Positions 17,606 to 27,021 of a stretch of 42,202 nucleotides of DNA are shown here, piece after piece. This stretch comes from Fimbriimonadales bacterium (GTDB taxonomy: Bacteria; Armatimonadota; Fimbriimonadia; Fimbriimonadales; JABRVX01). Under the pieces are notes generated by a model, which searched no databases, was not told where the DNA came from, and saw only the letters and a list, made by a program, of their open reading frames with translations. Within the stretch, counting starts at the first letter, position 1, and each line of letters starts with the position of its first letter. The DNA is taken from contig BTVI01000029.1 in the NCBI GenBank assembly GCA_045862955.1, positions 1-42,202 on the forward strand. Reading direction: 5' to 3'. The translations under genes and the position numbers were made by a program.

Positions 17606-18235
17606 ATGATCCGGGTGCTGGTTGCTGATGACCATGCTGTGGTCCGGGAGGGGTTGAGGCGCATCCTCAGCACCGCGAGCGACATGACCGTCGTAGGCGA
17701 GGCTGCAACCGCACAAGAGCTGCTCCAACTCGCCCGGCAGGTGGCGTGCGACGTGGCCCTCGTGGACCTCTCCATGCCGGGATCCGCCGGGCTGGAAGTG
17801 CTGCACGAGCTGCGCAGCCTAAAGCCCGGGCTTCCGATCATCGTGCTCAGCATCCATCCGGAGTCGCAATATGCAGTCCGAGTCATACAGGCGGGTGCAT
17901 ACGCATACCTCGGAAAGTCGGTGGAGCCGTCCGTCATCCTTCAGGCGATCAGGAAGGCTTACGTCGGAGAGCGGCACATCACCGAGGAAGTCGGACGCTT
18001 GCTGGCCGACCACGTGGTGTCCGCGAGGGATCGCCCGCCACACGAACTGCTGTCCGACCGGGAGTTTCAAGTACTCGAGATGCTCGCCCAGGGCAAGACG
18101 GTAACGGAGATTGCGGCGGAGTTGTCCCTTAGTGCGAAGACGGTGAGTACTTATCGATCCCGCGTACTGGCAAAGCTGGGCGCCCGAACCAACGCCGACC
18201 TTACGCGCTATGCGCTGGCCCACGGCATCGGCTAG
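17606..18235 (+). CDS. NarL/LuxR-family response regulator
   Basis: IRVLVADDH, DLSMP (acceptor Asp) and LSDREFQVL...LSAKTVSTYRSR HTH. Confidence 0.96.
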   Translation: MIRVLVADDHAVVREGLRRILSTASDMTVVGEAATAQELLQLARQVACDVALVDLSMPGSAGLEVLHELRSLKPGLPIIVLSIHPESQYAVRVIQAGAYAYLGKSVEPSVILQAIRKAYVGERHITEEVGRLLADHVVSARDRPPHELLSDREFQVLEMLAQGKTVTEIAAELSLSAKTVSTYRSRVLAKLGARTNADLTRYALAHGIG

Positions 18236-18535
18236 AGGGTTCGGTCTCGTAGATTGCTCTTATATCCTACAAGCGATATGGCTGTCTGCCTACAGCGGGT
18301 TGAGCGATTCGGTGCCATCCTTGTCGCACGTGGGCGGGTCGTGCCGGTACGCGCCTAGTGTTGCGCCATCTCGGGACGGCGACTCTGCAGGAAGTCCGGC
18401 TCACCCGCCCCCTGCGCCTGACCCCCCATCGGCGGTCTGGCACCTGCCGGGGCTTTCGGTACCTGCCCAGCCGCGCCCTCTCCGCTGCTGTCATACTGAA
18501 AGCGCATCAGTCCCATCCGCAGGCAGGCTATCGAG

Positions 18536-20374
18536 TTGAGTCATCCCGTCCGCGACGAAACGGAGACAGCGAAGCGAAACGTGAACAAGGCGACGGTTCG
18601 GCGGGTGGTCGAGCTGTTTCGGCCATACCGCGCGCGCGTGTTTCTGACGCTTATCGCGGTAATGGTGGGCGTGCTCATGGGGTTGCTGCCGCCGTACTTC
18701 CTGCGCATCATCATAGACGACGGGCTGCTCCGCAATGACCTGCGCACCGTTTCGATCTACTCCGCACTGACCGTCATCGTCACCATCGCCGCCGCCGGAG
18801 TTACGCTGCTTTACGGCTATTGGAGCGTCCTGATCGGTCAGTACATCATGTGCGACATCCGCAACAATCTGTTCACTCGGTTGCAGGCGATGTCGCTGCG
18901 GTTCTTCACGGCCACGCGAACCGGGGAGATTCAGACGCGCCTTATCAGCGACGTGCAGGGGGTGCAGACCGTCGTCAGCACCACGGTAACCGATGCGCTC
19001 TCCAACGTCGCAATCGTGGTCACCTCTCTCGTCGCCATGTTCCTTCTCGACTGGCGGCTCACGCTGCTATCGGTCGGGATGGTACCGCTCTTCGCAGTGA
19101 TCGGCTCGAAGGTCGGGGACTTCGCCAAGCGGGTCCGCCGGGGCACACAGGAGCAGACCGCCGAGCTGAACTCCATGATGCAGGAGACGCTTTCGGTGTC
19201 GGGCGTTCTGCTAACGAAGACCACCGGTCGCCTGGATACACTAACACGGAAGTTCGATCAGGAGAACCGGAAATTGGCGGGCTGGCAGATCAAGATGACG
19301 CTGGTGAACTACCTGTTCTTCGCGATGATCCGCCTGATCACTTCGCTCGCTCCTGCGCTGGTGTATTGGCTCGCGGGTTACCTGATGTGGAGAGGTGATG
19401 CGAGCATCACAGTGGGCGTACTGGTAGCATTCACGGCTCTGCAGACGCGCATGTTCTTTCCTCTCACCGGCCTTCTCAACATTCAGGTGGAGATTCTCAG
19501 CTCGTTCGCGCTGTTCGAGCGCATCTTCGAGTACCTCGACCTCCGACCCGATGTACAGGAGTCACCCAACGCAGTGGCACTGCCCAAGGAGTCGGTGCGG
19601 GGCAGGATCGAGTTTCGTAACGTCTCGTTTTCCTATGACGAGAGCGCGCGCACTCACGCCGTAAAGGACATCTCCTTTACAGCCGAGCCGGGACAGCTGG
19701 TCGCCTTGGTGGGGCCTTCCGGAGCCGGCAAGACTACGCTCACGTACTTCATCCCGCGGCTCTACGACCCAGATAGTGGCCAGGTGCTGCTCGACGGCCA
19801 CGACGTGCGTGACATCCGTTTGCAGGACCTCGCGGAGATCGTGGGGGCCGTCACACAAGAAACCTATCTGCTGCACTCTACGATTCGCGAGAATCTGCGC
19901 GTAGCCAAACCCGATGCTACCGACGAGGAGATGGAGGAGGCTTGCCGGCTAGCAGCTATACACGATCACATCACGACCCTACCAGAAGGTTACGACACCG
20001 TGGTAGGAGAGCGTGGATACAGGTTCTCCGGGGGCGAGAAACAACGCCTCGCCATCGCCCGCGCCCTACTTAAGAACCCGCGAGTGCTCATCTTGGATGA
20101 AGCTACCTCCGCGCTGGATACCCGATCCGAACGATTGATCCAGGCCTCGCTGGCGAGACTGATGAAGGGCCGTACCACCTTTGCGATCGCGCATAGGCTC
20201 TCGACGATCTTGGCTGCCGATCAGATTTTGGTCATGGAGCAGGGGCGCATCGTCGAGCGGGGAACGCACGAGACGCTGCTGGCACAAGGCGGGCTATACC
20301 GACGCCTGTACGAAGAGCAATTCGGACAGCCCGACGTAGTGAGCGCTGCGGCTGGAGACGGTGAGGCGAGTTGA
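18536..20374 (+). CDS. ABC exporter, fused permease/ATP-binding subunit
   Basis: Six-TM ABC membrane domain, GPSGAGKT, FSGGEKQR, ILDEATSALD and IAHRLST. Confidence 0.95.
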   Translation: MSHPVRDETETAKRNVNKATVRRVVELFRPYRARVFLTLIAVMVGVLMGLLPPYFLRIIIDDGLLRNDLRTVSIYSALTVIVTIAAAGVTLLYGYWSVLIGQYIMCDIRNNLFTRLQAMSLRFFTATRTGEIQTRLISDVQGVQTVVSTTVTDALSNVAIVVTSLVAMFLLDWRLTLLSVGMVPLFAVIGSKVGDFAKRVRRGTQEQTAELNSMMQETLSVSGVLLTKTTGRLDTLTRKFDQENRKLAGWQIKMTLVNYLFFAMIRLITSLAPALVYWLAGYLMWRGDASITVGVLVAFTALQTRMFFPLTGLLNIQVEILSSFALFERIFEYLDLRPDVQESPNAVALPKESVRGRIEFRNVSFSYDESARTHAVKDISFTAEPGQLVALVGPSGAGKTTLTYFIPRLYDPDSGQVLLDGHDVRDIRLQDLAEIVGAVTQETYLLHSTIRENLRVAKPDATDEEMEEACRLAAIHDHITTLPEGYDTVVGERGYRFSGGEKQRLAIARALLKNPRVLILDEATSALDTRSERLIQASLARLMKGRTTFAIAHRLSTILAADQILVMEQGRIVERGTHETLLAQGGLYRRLYEEQFGQPDVVSAAAGDGEAS

Positions 20375-20426
20375 GAGGTCCTCGGCAAGCAGGCAAGGGC
20401 CGCCCGTTGCCGAACGTCCTACTATT

Positions 20427-21908
20427 ATGAGAGCTTCGACACCCATCGTCGGTCTCTGCCTAGCTTGGGTTGTCGCGTGTGCCAGTGCCTCGCCGGAAGC
20501 CACGTGGGAGGAATTGCCGATGAGCAGTGTTTCGTCACGCGCGCCAACACCACTGCTTCCCGTACCCAGCGAGCGGCAGCTTGCGTGGCACCGGCAAGAG
20601 ATGTATGCCTTCTGCCACTTCGGTATGAACACGTTCACGGGACGTGAGTGGGGAGAAGGAACCGAGTCGCCTGAGCTGTTCCGGCCCACGGAACTGGACT
20701 GTCGCCAGTGGGCGCGTGTGTTGAAGGATGCCGGCTTTCGAGGAATCATCATCACAGCAAAACACCATGATGGGTTCTGCCTGTGGCCTTCGCGTTATAC
20801 CACCCACTCGGTAGCACACACACCGTGGGGAGATGGCAAACGCGACGTGGTTGCCGAACTGGCCGCGGCGTGCAGGGAGTATGGACTGAAGTTCGGCGTA
20901 TACCTATCACCGTGGGATCGGCACGAGCCTACATACGGAGACTCCCCGCGATACAACGAACACTACGAGAACCAACTGACGGAGCTGCTCACGAACTACG
21001 GCGAAGTGTTCGAGGTTTGGTGGGACGGCGCGTGCGGAGAGGGTCCTAACGGCAAGAGGCAGGAATACGACTGGAAGGCCTACGAAGAAGTAGTTAGGCG
21101 GCTGCAGCCGAACGCAGTCATCTTCAGCGATGCCGGGCCGGACGTGCGATGGGTGGGGAACGAGCAGGGCTTTGCAGGTGAGACGAACTGGTGCATGCAA
21201 AGGCGCGACGACTTCGCTCCCGGCAGAGTGGCAGACCTGTCGCTGCTGACGCACGGGCAGAGGGATGGGACACACTGGGTGCCCGCGGAGTGCGACGTGT
21301 CCATCCGCCCTGGGTGGTTCTATCAAGCGGAGCAGGATGCACAAGTCAAGTCGGTCGAGCAGCTCGTGGACATCTACTTCAAGTCGGTGGGTCGAAACGC
21401 GTCACTACTACTCAACGTGCCCCCAGATAGGCGCGGGCTGATCGCCGATGTGGACGTGCAGAGGCTTCACGAGTTCGGTAGGGCGCTAGAGGCAATCTTC
21501 GCTCGGGACTTGGCTCGAGAGGCGAAGGCGGTGGCAAGCAGCGTGCGCGGTGGGGATGCGAGATTCGCTGCCGAGCGGGCGATTGATGGATTGCCTGGTA
21601 GTTATTGGGCGACGGATGAGGGTGTACTGACAGGCTCACTGACTGTCACGTGGCGAGAACCCGTGCAGTTCGGCGTGGTGATGCTGCAGGAGCAGATCGA
21701 GCTGGGGCAGCGAGTGGAGAAGTTCTCCATCGAGGCTCGAGTGGGTGGCCACTGGATCGAGGTCGCACAAGGCACTACCATCGGCTACAAGCGCTTGCTG
21801 CGCTTTTCAGAGGTCACTGCCGACGGGGTGCGTGTGAACATCCTCGGGTCTCGGGCCTGTCCGACACTTTCGACCGTGTCCGTGTTTGCTCCACCATCGG
21901 GTCCGTAG
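20427..21908 (+). CDS. Alpha-L-fucosidase (GH29) with C-terminal F5/8 type C-like domain
   Basis: Signal peptide, FCHFGMNTF, TAKHHDGFCLW, YLSPWD, WWDGA, ECDVSIRPGWFY, SVGRNASLLLNVPP and GTTIGYKR. Confidence 0.95.
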   Translation: MRASTPIVGLCLAWVVACASASPEATWEELPMSSVSSRAPTPLLPVPSERQLAWHRQEMYAFCHFGMNTFTGREWGEGTESPELFRPTELDCRQWARVLKDAGFRGIIITAKHHDGFCLWPSRYTTHSVAHTPWGDGKRDVVAELAAACREYGLKFGVYLSPWDRHEPTYGDSPRYNEHYENQLTELLTNYGEVFEVWWDGACGEGPNGKRQEYDWKAYEEVVRRLQPNAVIFSDAGPDVRWVGNEQGFAGETNWCMQRRDDFAPGRVADLSLLTHGQRDGTHWVPAECDVSIRPGWFYQAEQDAQVKSVEQLVDIYFKSVGRNASLLLNVPPDRRGLIADVDVQRLHEFGRALEAIFARDLAREAKAVASSVRGGDARFAAERAIDGLPGSYWATDEGVLTGSLTVTWREPVQFGVVMLQEQIELGQRVEKFSIEARVGGHWIEVAQGTTIGYKRLLRFSEVTADGVRVNILGSRACPTLSTVSVFAPPSGP

Positions 21909-21957
21909 CTGGTCAGGTCGTCTGTTCGTGCGCTGCAGTGTGCTCCTTAGCGGTGGT

Positions 21958-22047
21958 CTCACGCGATGACCGCGAAGGGTGCGCAGAGGACGCTGGGGCG
22001 GTCGAGCCTTTGCGCTCTCCGCGACGACTCGGCGGACTTGGCGTGAG
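21958..22047. repeat. Imperfect ~90-bp palindrome with ~9-nt periodic arms next to the GxxExxY gene
   Basis: CTCACGC (21958) and GCGTGAG (22041-22047) termini, with internal GCAGAGG/CCTTTGC pairing. Confidence 0.6.
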
Positions 22048-22075
22048 GTCCGAGCGGCGAGGAAGAGAATGTGGC

Positions 22076-22459
22076 CTACTCCTCGAGACCGAGCACGAGT
22101 CGTTTGATCCCGTCCTTCAGCAGCGTCTCGTGAAAGTTGATGACGAGGGCGAGTTTGACCTGCGCAAAGCGCATGCAAGTCAACACGGACTTGTAGACCA
22201 CCGGCGACACATACTCCACCGACTTGACCTCGACAAGGACCTTTTGCTCTACCAGCAGATCGGCGAAGAACCCCGTCTCGGCTCGCATTCGCTCGTAGCG
22301 CACCGCAATCGGTACCTGCCGCTCCACTTGCAGACCCCTATCTCGGAGCTCGTACTCCAGTGCGCTCTCGTACACCGTCTCCAGCAGCCCGGGTCCCAGA
22401 GCCCTGTGAACCTTGAGTGCGGCATCCACGATCTGTGTCGCGATCTCATTCTCGGTCAT
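22076..22459 (-). CDS. GxxExxY protein (PD-(D/E)XK nuclease-like)
   Basis: MTENEIATQIVDAALKVHRALGPGLLETVY, ADLLVE, VEVKSV and LVINF. Confidence 0.95.
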   Translation of the reverse strand: MTENEIATQIVDAALKVHRALGPGLLETVYESALEYELRDRGLQVERQVPIAVRYERMRAETGFFADLLVEQKVLVEVKSVEYVSPVVYKSVLTCMRFAQVKLALVINFHETLLKDGIKRLVLGLEE

Positions 22460-22521
22460 CGCTTCCTACCTCTCAGCGCTCGTCTTCTCCAACTCGTGCG
22501 GATGCTCCTGGATCGAAGCTG

Positions 22522-25092
22522 TCACTCGACTACTACCTCTCGAATCGTCACCCAATACGGGGACGGTGCGACGATCCGGACTCGCACTGCTAGGAGGCTG
22601 CGAGTAGTACCTGGCCCGAACGAGACCTCTGCCGCGCCGTTGGAGAACTCGGCGACAGGCTCATAGTCCATGCCGTTCGCCGACACCTCCAATACTCCCG
22701 CATACACGATGTCCGATGAGTGCTCCCGATGGCCCGAGAGCACCTTCAAGCGGCTCACTCCCATGGACTGGTCGAGACGGATGGTGAAAGTGTCGCCTTC
22801 GACCGGTCCCCTGCTGCACCAGAAGAAAGATTCCTCGTCACCGTCTATTGCATTCGTGGGTGCATAGGTCTCGTAGGTGGGCAGGGACGTCTCCACGGTC
22901 GCAGGCAGTGCTAGCGTGCGGTATCGTGCCTCTGCGATACCACCTGTCGTGCCGTCGGGGTAGTAGGCTCTGGCCCGAACCACCGTGGTCCTATCCAAGC
23001 GCAGCTTGGCGTCGTAGGCGGGTGACTGCTCGGTCGGGTCCGAGCCGTCCAGCGTGTACCGGATGATTGCCCCCGGCTCGATGGTAGTCATCTCCACCTC
23101 TTGCGTGCCATGGAACTCCCACTTCCCAGGCAGGATGATCGGCGTCTTCGGCAACGCTTCCAGTTCCGCAATCAGGCTATCCCACTTTGCCAGGTTACGA
23201 TCCAGCCACCACCGACGGTTCTCGGCAAGCCATAGCTTGCGATACTCCTCACGCAGGGCCCGCGCCTCAGTCACCAACTGCCGAATCCCATCGGCTGCTT
23301 TGTCCATTCGCGTGGCGTCATCGGCACGCAGTAGGTGTGCGACCATCACACGCAGGCCGCCGAAAGCTGCCCGGCGTGCTGCATGAACTGCCACTTCCAG
23401 CGCGTCGGCATTCTTGGGGTGTGCACGCAGAAGATCCTCCAGCCCATCGCGGATCTTCCCTGCCTCGCGCGCGAGCGCCAAGCCGTTGGAGACGCTGCCG
23501 TTTCGTCGGTACACCTCGTCGATCCTTCGCCAGAACGCCCCGTCGTTCATGCCACCCGATGCGGGGTTCTGCCGCAAGCCACTGAGCGCATGCAGCAACC
23601 CCGCTGCAACGGTGCCGTCCGTGCCGTGAAACAGCGGGCCGAACGCCTCGTCGAACTGAGCCAGTCGCGCCTCGCGCAGCGTGTTAGCGTCCTCGCCGGC
23701 CTCGGGAACGGCGGGTCGCCAGGAGCACTCCGCCCCCCAGATCAGCGGATACCAATTGGCGTTGAACAGGTTCTCGCCGCTATCATCCCACGTGGTGTTG
23801 ATCACACCCATGGCCCCATGTCTCGCGCCATCTCGGATGTAGTTAGAGATGTTGATACAAGCGTTGCGGAGATCCGGGTATACCTGGCTCCAACAACTAA
23901 CACCCGGACACACCATGAAGCGGAATCCCAGCTCAGTGAACGGCTGGATAGCTTCGTCGAAGTTGTCTGCCGCATGATAGCCCCACGAGAGCACGACAAG
24001 GTCCTTCGGGAGACGAGGAATGATGTCGCGGTGATGCAGTGCGATGTCGCCCCACATCAACGCCGTCTTGCCGTAGGGTCGCAGTAGGTCGGCGATCCGC
24101 ACGATGTGACGGGCATAGACGGCTCCAATCCCCTCCTTCTCTACCATCTCCTTGCTGGCACCGGTACCCAGCCCTGCCGTCTCGTCGCAGTTGATGTTGA
24201 ACAAAGGGCTTTCGTACGCCGGAGCGATCTCACTGTATACATCTGCCAGGAACTGATAGCTCTCCTCTTTGGCCGGTGAGATCACCCACCCCGCCTCGCC
24301 GAGGTGTTCATAGCCCGGCACTCGCAGAATGTTAGCGAAGTGCCCGAAGGACTGGAAGTTTCCGATCACCTCGACGTGGTAGCGTTTCGCATATCTTGTC
24401 AGCTCACGCACCTCTTCCGCAGTGATGCCATCGGGCGGTGCGATAGTCGGATGCTTCTTCAGCTTGAACACGTGCTCCGTGTAGAGCGTGAAGGCGTTCA
24501 GCTTGTACTCGGACATCGTACGCACCTGGCGCTTCAGGTAGTCGAGCGTGGGGATCGGTCCGCGCGAGATGTCGTCCTGCCAGCCACGCACCTTCAGCGC
24601 GGGCCAGTCCAGGATCGAGCAACAAGGGATCGCTTCACCCACACGGTTGGCGCGAACGAGATGCTTCAGCGTCTGCACGCCGTAGAAGATTCCCGCTGCG
24701 TTCTGCGAGGCCACGACGATGCGGTTCGGGCCCACCGAGAGTGCATACGATCCGTCGATGTCCGCGTCCGGCAGTCGCTGTAGCAACGAGTCGGCTTCCG
24801 AATCGGCCGACGAGGCGCGCACGAGAACGACCGACCCGGAGACGCCCTTGCTGACGGTTGGGTGAATCCCTACCGCATCGCGTAGTTCTTCAGCGAGCTG
24901 CGAGGCGGCGAAGGTGTCGTCCTCGCTACCACTGGCGACCGATATCGAGGTGATACGGTCGAGCGCGAACGATCCCTCTGTTAGGGTGACCGACTGAGGC
25001 GAGGGGATGATCCGCAGCGGGGTCTGCGGGGCACCGAATGACACTGTGGCGAGCGCGACGGTAAGAAGACAGACGAAAACAAACGTTGCCAT
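22522..25092 (-). CDS. Secreted GH20 beta-N-acetylhexosaminidase-like protein with Fn3-associated and discoidin domains
   Basis: Signal peptide, IIPSPQ, GIFYGVQTL, DWPALKVRG..DDISR, NINCDE catalytic pair, MWGD, IRYTLDGSDP and NAIDGD. Confidence 0.92.
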   Translation of the reverse strand: MATFVFVCLLTVALATVSFGAPQTPLRIIPSPQSVTLTEGSFALDRITSISVASGSEDDTFAASQLAEELRDAVGIHPTVSKGVSGSVVLVRASSADSEADSLLQRLPDADIDGSYALSVGPNRIVVASQNAAGIFYGVQTLKHLVRANRVGEAIPCCSILDWPALKVRGWQDDISRGPIPTLDYLKRQVRTMSEYKLNAFTLYTEHVFKLKKHPTIAPPDGITAEEVRELTRYAKRYHVEVIGNFQSFGHFANILRVPGYEHLGEAGWVISPAKEESYQFLADVYSEIAPAYESPLFNINCDETAGLGTGASKEMVEKEGIGAVYARHIVRIADLLRPYGKTALMWGDIALHHRDIIPRLPKDLVVLSWGYHAADNFDEAIQPFTELGFRFMVCPGVSCWSQVYPDLRNACINISNYIRDGARHGAMGVINTTWDDSGENLFNANWYPLIWGAECSWRPAVPEAGEDANTLREARLAQFDEAFGPLFHGTDGTVAAGLLHALSGLRQNPASGGMNDGAFWRRIDEVYRRNGSVSNGLALAREAGKIRDGLEDLLRAHPKNADALEVAVHAARRAAFGGLRVMVAHLLRADDATRMDKAADGIRQLVTEARALREEYRKLWLAENRRWWLDRNLAKWDSLIAELEALPKTPIILPGKWEFHGTQEVEMTTIEPGAIIRYTLDGSDPTEQSPAYDAKLRLDRTTVVRARAYYPDGTTGGIAEARYRTLALPATVETSLPTYETYAPTNAIDGDEESFFWCSRGPVEGDTFTIRLDQSMGVSRLKVLSGHREHSSDIVYAGVLEVSANGMDYEPVAEFSNGAAEVSFGPGTTRSLLAVRVRIVAPSPYWVTIREVVVE

Positions 25093-25182
25093 AGACCCTC
25101 CGAGCTAGTCGTGCAACCGGCTAGAGCCCGATTCGCCTTTGCGAGGGTAGACACCTTGTGCGTGTGCCCGCAAAATGACAGG

Positions 25183-25209
25183 TGGCCGGGCTGCTTCGCA
25201 GCCCGGCCA
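25183..25209 (-). terminator. Terminator hairpin downstream of PEP-CTERM gene 2
   Basis: Perfect 12-bp stem TGGCCGGGCTGC/GCAGCCCGGCCA. Confidence 0.7.
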
Positions 25210-25253
25210 GTCGCATCAGCTGAGAGTCCCCGATGAGCGGGTTTCTTACCTGC

Positions 25254-25868
25254 TTACTTCTTACGGCGTCGAAGTGCGAGGGCACCGAGACCCGCTGCAA
25301 TAGCCGCCATCGTTCCCGGCTCGGGAACGCACCAGCTGTCTACCACGAGCTGATCGATGTACAGAGGGTGATCCCCGGCGATCACGGACGCTACGGTCCA
25401 GTCACAGAATGGGAAGCGGTAGTCGGCGCGGAAATGAGTCCAGCCGTCTCCCATATCGATGTACCCGAAGTCATACGGATCGCCGAGCGGCACGACCTCT
25501 CCCGGTGCTCCGAAGTAGGTGAGCTGGAAGCGGTACTCCTTCTCGTGATTCGGGTCCACCACGTTGGGGATGGTAAATTCCATTGACGTCCCTGGTGCGA
25601 TGCACCACACGCCACGGCGCCCCTCGAACTCGGGCAACCAGATGCTATTCGGGCTAACGTCCGAGATGGAGGGCACCCCGTAGGGATTGTCGAACCACTC
25701 GGGCTCGGGCGACGGCGTGTAGAACTGCCAGTGCTGGAACGTCGTGTCGGGAAGTCCGCGATACCACGGCGGAGTCAGGTCGTCGGCAACCGCGCTGAGC
25801 GAGAGTGTAGCGGCAGCCAGAGCAGTCAGGAAGATGCGCGCCGCGCGCTGTCCTGATAGATCGATCAT
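25254..25868 (-). CDS. PEP-CTERM sorting-domain surface protein
   Basis: SD GGAGGG before MIDLSG, signal peptide ending AVA, and C-terminal VPEPGT, TM helix, RRRKK. Confidence 0.92.
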   Translation of the reverse strand: MIDLSGQRAARIFLTALAAATLSLSAVADDLTPPWYRGLPDTTFQHWQFYTPSPEPEWFDNPYGVPSISDVSPNSIWLPEFEGRRGVWCIAPGTSMEFTIPNVVDPNHEKEYRFQLTYFGAPGEVVPLGDPYDFGYIDMGDGWTHFRADYRFPFCDWTVASVIAGDHPLYIDQLVVDSWCVPEPGTMAAIAAGLGALALRRRKK

Positions 25869-26197
25869 GTCTTTCCCTCCGGTTTCTTCGTTGCGTTCTT
25901 CGTGGACGCATCGGATCACGTCCGGATCCGACTACCATCAGGCGACATAGACAAATGCCCGTAAGGCAGTTCGTTCCCGGGGGATGCCTCCGGAGGTCTC
26001 AGCCCGTCATGGGTCGCCGCCTCCGCTTGCGATGCACTCTCTCTGCCTGGGAACGATCTGCCCGGCAGCGAGCGCCCCCCCGATCTCTTCTGTTCCAATC
26101 TAGGGTCGGGACCACACCCCTAGGGCTCTGGTCTCCGAGACCCCCGGCAAACAGAAGGCTCAATCCGCTCGGCCACGCCGATGCGGACCGATACCCG
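25869..26197 (-). ncRNA. Candidate structured 5' leader (cis-regulatory RNA) of PEP-CTERM gene 2
   Basis: Dense nested inverted repeats between promoter and start (see findings). Confidence 0.45.
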
Positions 26198-26203
26198 GTG
26201 AAC

Positions 26204-26232
26204 ATTATACTGCAAATTGTTTATCTTGGCTA
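26204..26232 (-). promoter_or_regulatory. sigma70 promoter of PEP-CTERM gene 2
   Basis: TAGCCA, N17, TATAAT on the minus strand in an AT-rich patch. Confidence 0.7.
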
Positions 26233-26297
26233 ATAAATTTTGGGCGACCGTTCTCTTTGCAGATCATGAGCGGGCCTGTAAGGGTAGCTTCGAGAGA

Positions 26298-26972
26298 CTA
26301 GTTGAGGCTGATCCAGTGACGAATGTGCTCATATCCGCCCGAGCGAAGCTGCCCGCCCCGAACGTAAGAAATAAGCCGCTGCATAACCGGTAGCATCTCT
26401 TGGAACCGCTCGGCGGCGCTGGTCAGCTCGAGCATGTGCTGGGCCTCGCGGCGACCCATCCGCAACAAGCCTGCCATAGCGAAGGATAGCGAGGTCGGGT
26501 CGTCGGTGAGCCGAATCTGCACCGTGAACTCCAACCGCTCCGTCAGCGCCTCGGCCAATTCCGCAAAAGCCTCTTTCGCTGCCTCGAGCAGCCGCAGTTC
26601 CTCCTCGGAGCCAGTCCATTCTTGGTCCTTCACCGGCTCGGCACGCCCCACGAGGTACGGCTCCGACTCGTAGTCCAGCTCGCGAATGCGAAAGCGCTCG
26701 CCTCCCTGAGCCACGATGTTCATCCTCGCGTCCTCCAGGCGTTCCACCTCTCGGATGGTGAGCAGCGTTCCGACGAGGTACGGCTCGACATGCTTGTCCC
26801 CCACTTCTCGACCTTGGCGGATGAGGGCGGTGCCGAAGGGGGTGCCCTCGTCGAGGCAATCGTTGATCATCCGTCGGTAGCGGTCTTCGAAGATGTGTAG
26901 AGCCACCAGAGCGTTGGGGAACACCACGCTCCTGAGGGGAAACACCGGAACTCTGGCGAGACCCTCGGACAC
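26298..26972 (-). CDS. LON peptidase substrate-binding domain protein
   Basis: VPVFPLRSVVFP, LHIFEDRYRRM and GGERFRI motifs, with no AAA+ or protease domain. Confidence 0.92.
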   Translation of the reverse strand: MSEGLARVPVFPLRSVVFPNALVALHIFEDRYRRMINDCLDEGTPFGTALIRQGREVGDKHVEPYLVGTLLTIREVERLEDARMNIVAQGGERFRIRELDYESEPYLVGRAEPVKDQEWTGSEEELRLLEAAKEAFAELAEALTERLEFTVQIRLTDDPTSLSFAMAGLLRMGRREAQHMLELTSAAERFQEMLPVMQRLISYVRGGQLRSGGYEHIRHWISLN

Positions 26973-27021
26973 GGCCAGAGTCTACCACTGCATGGGTTCG
27001 AGGCGCGGTACACTGCGGGCC

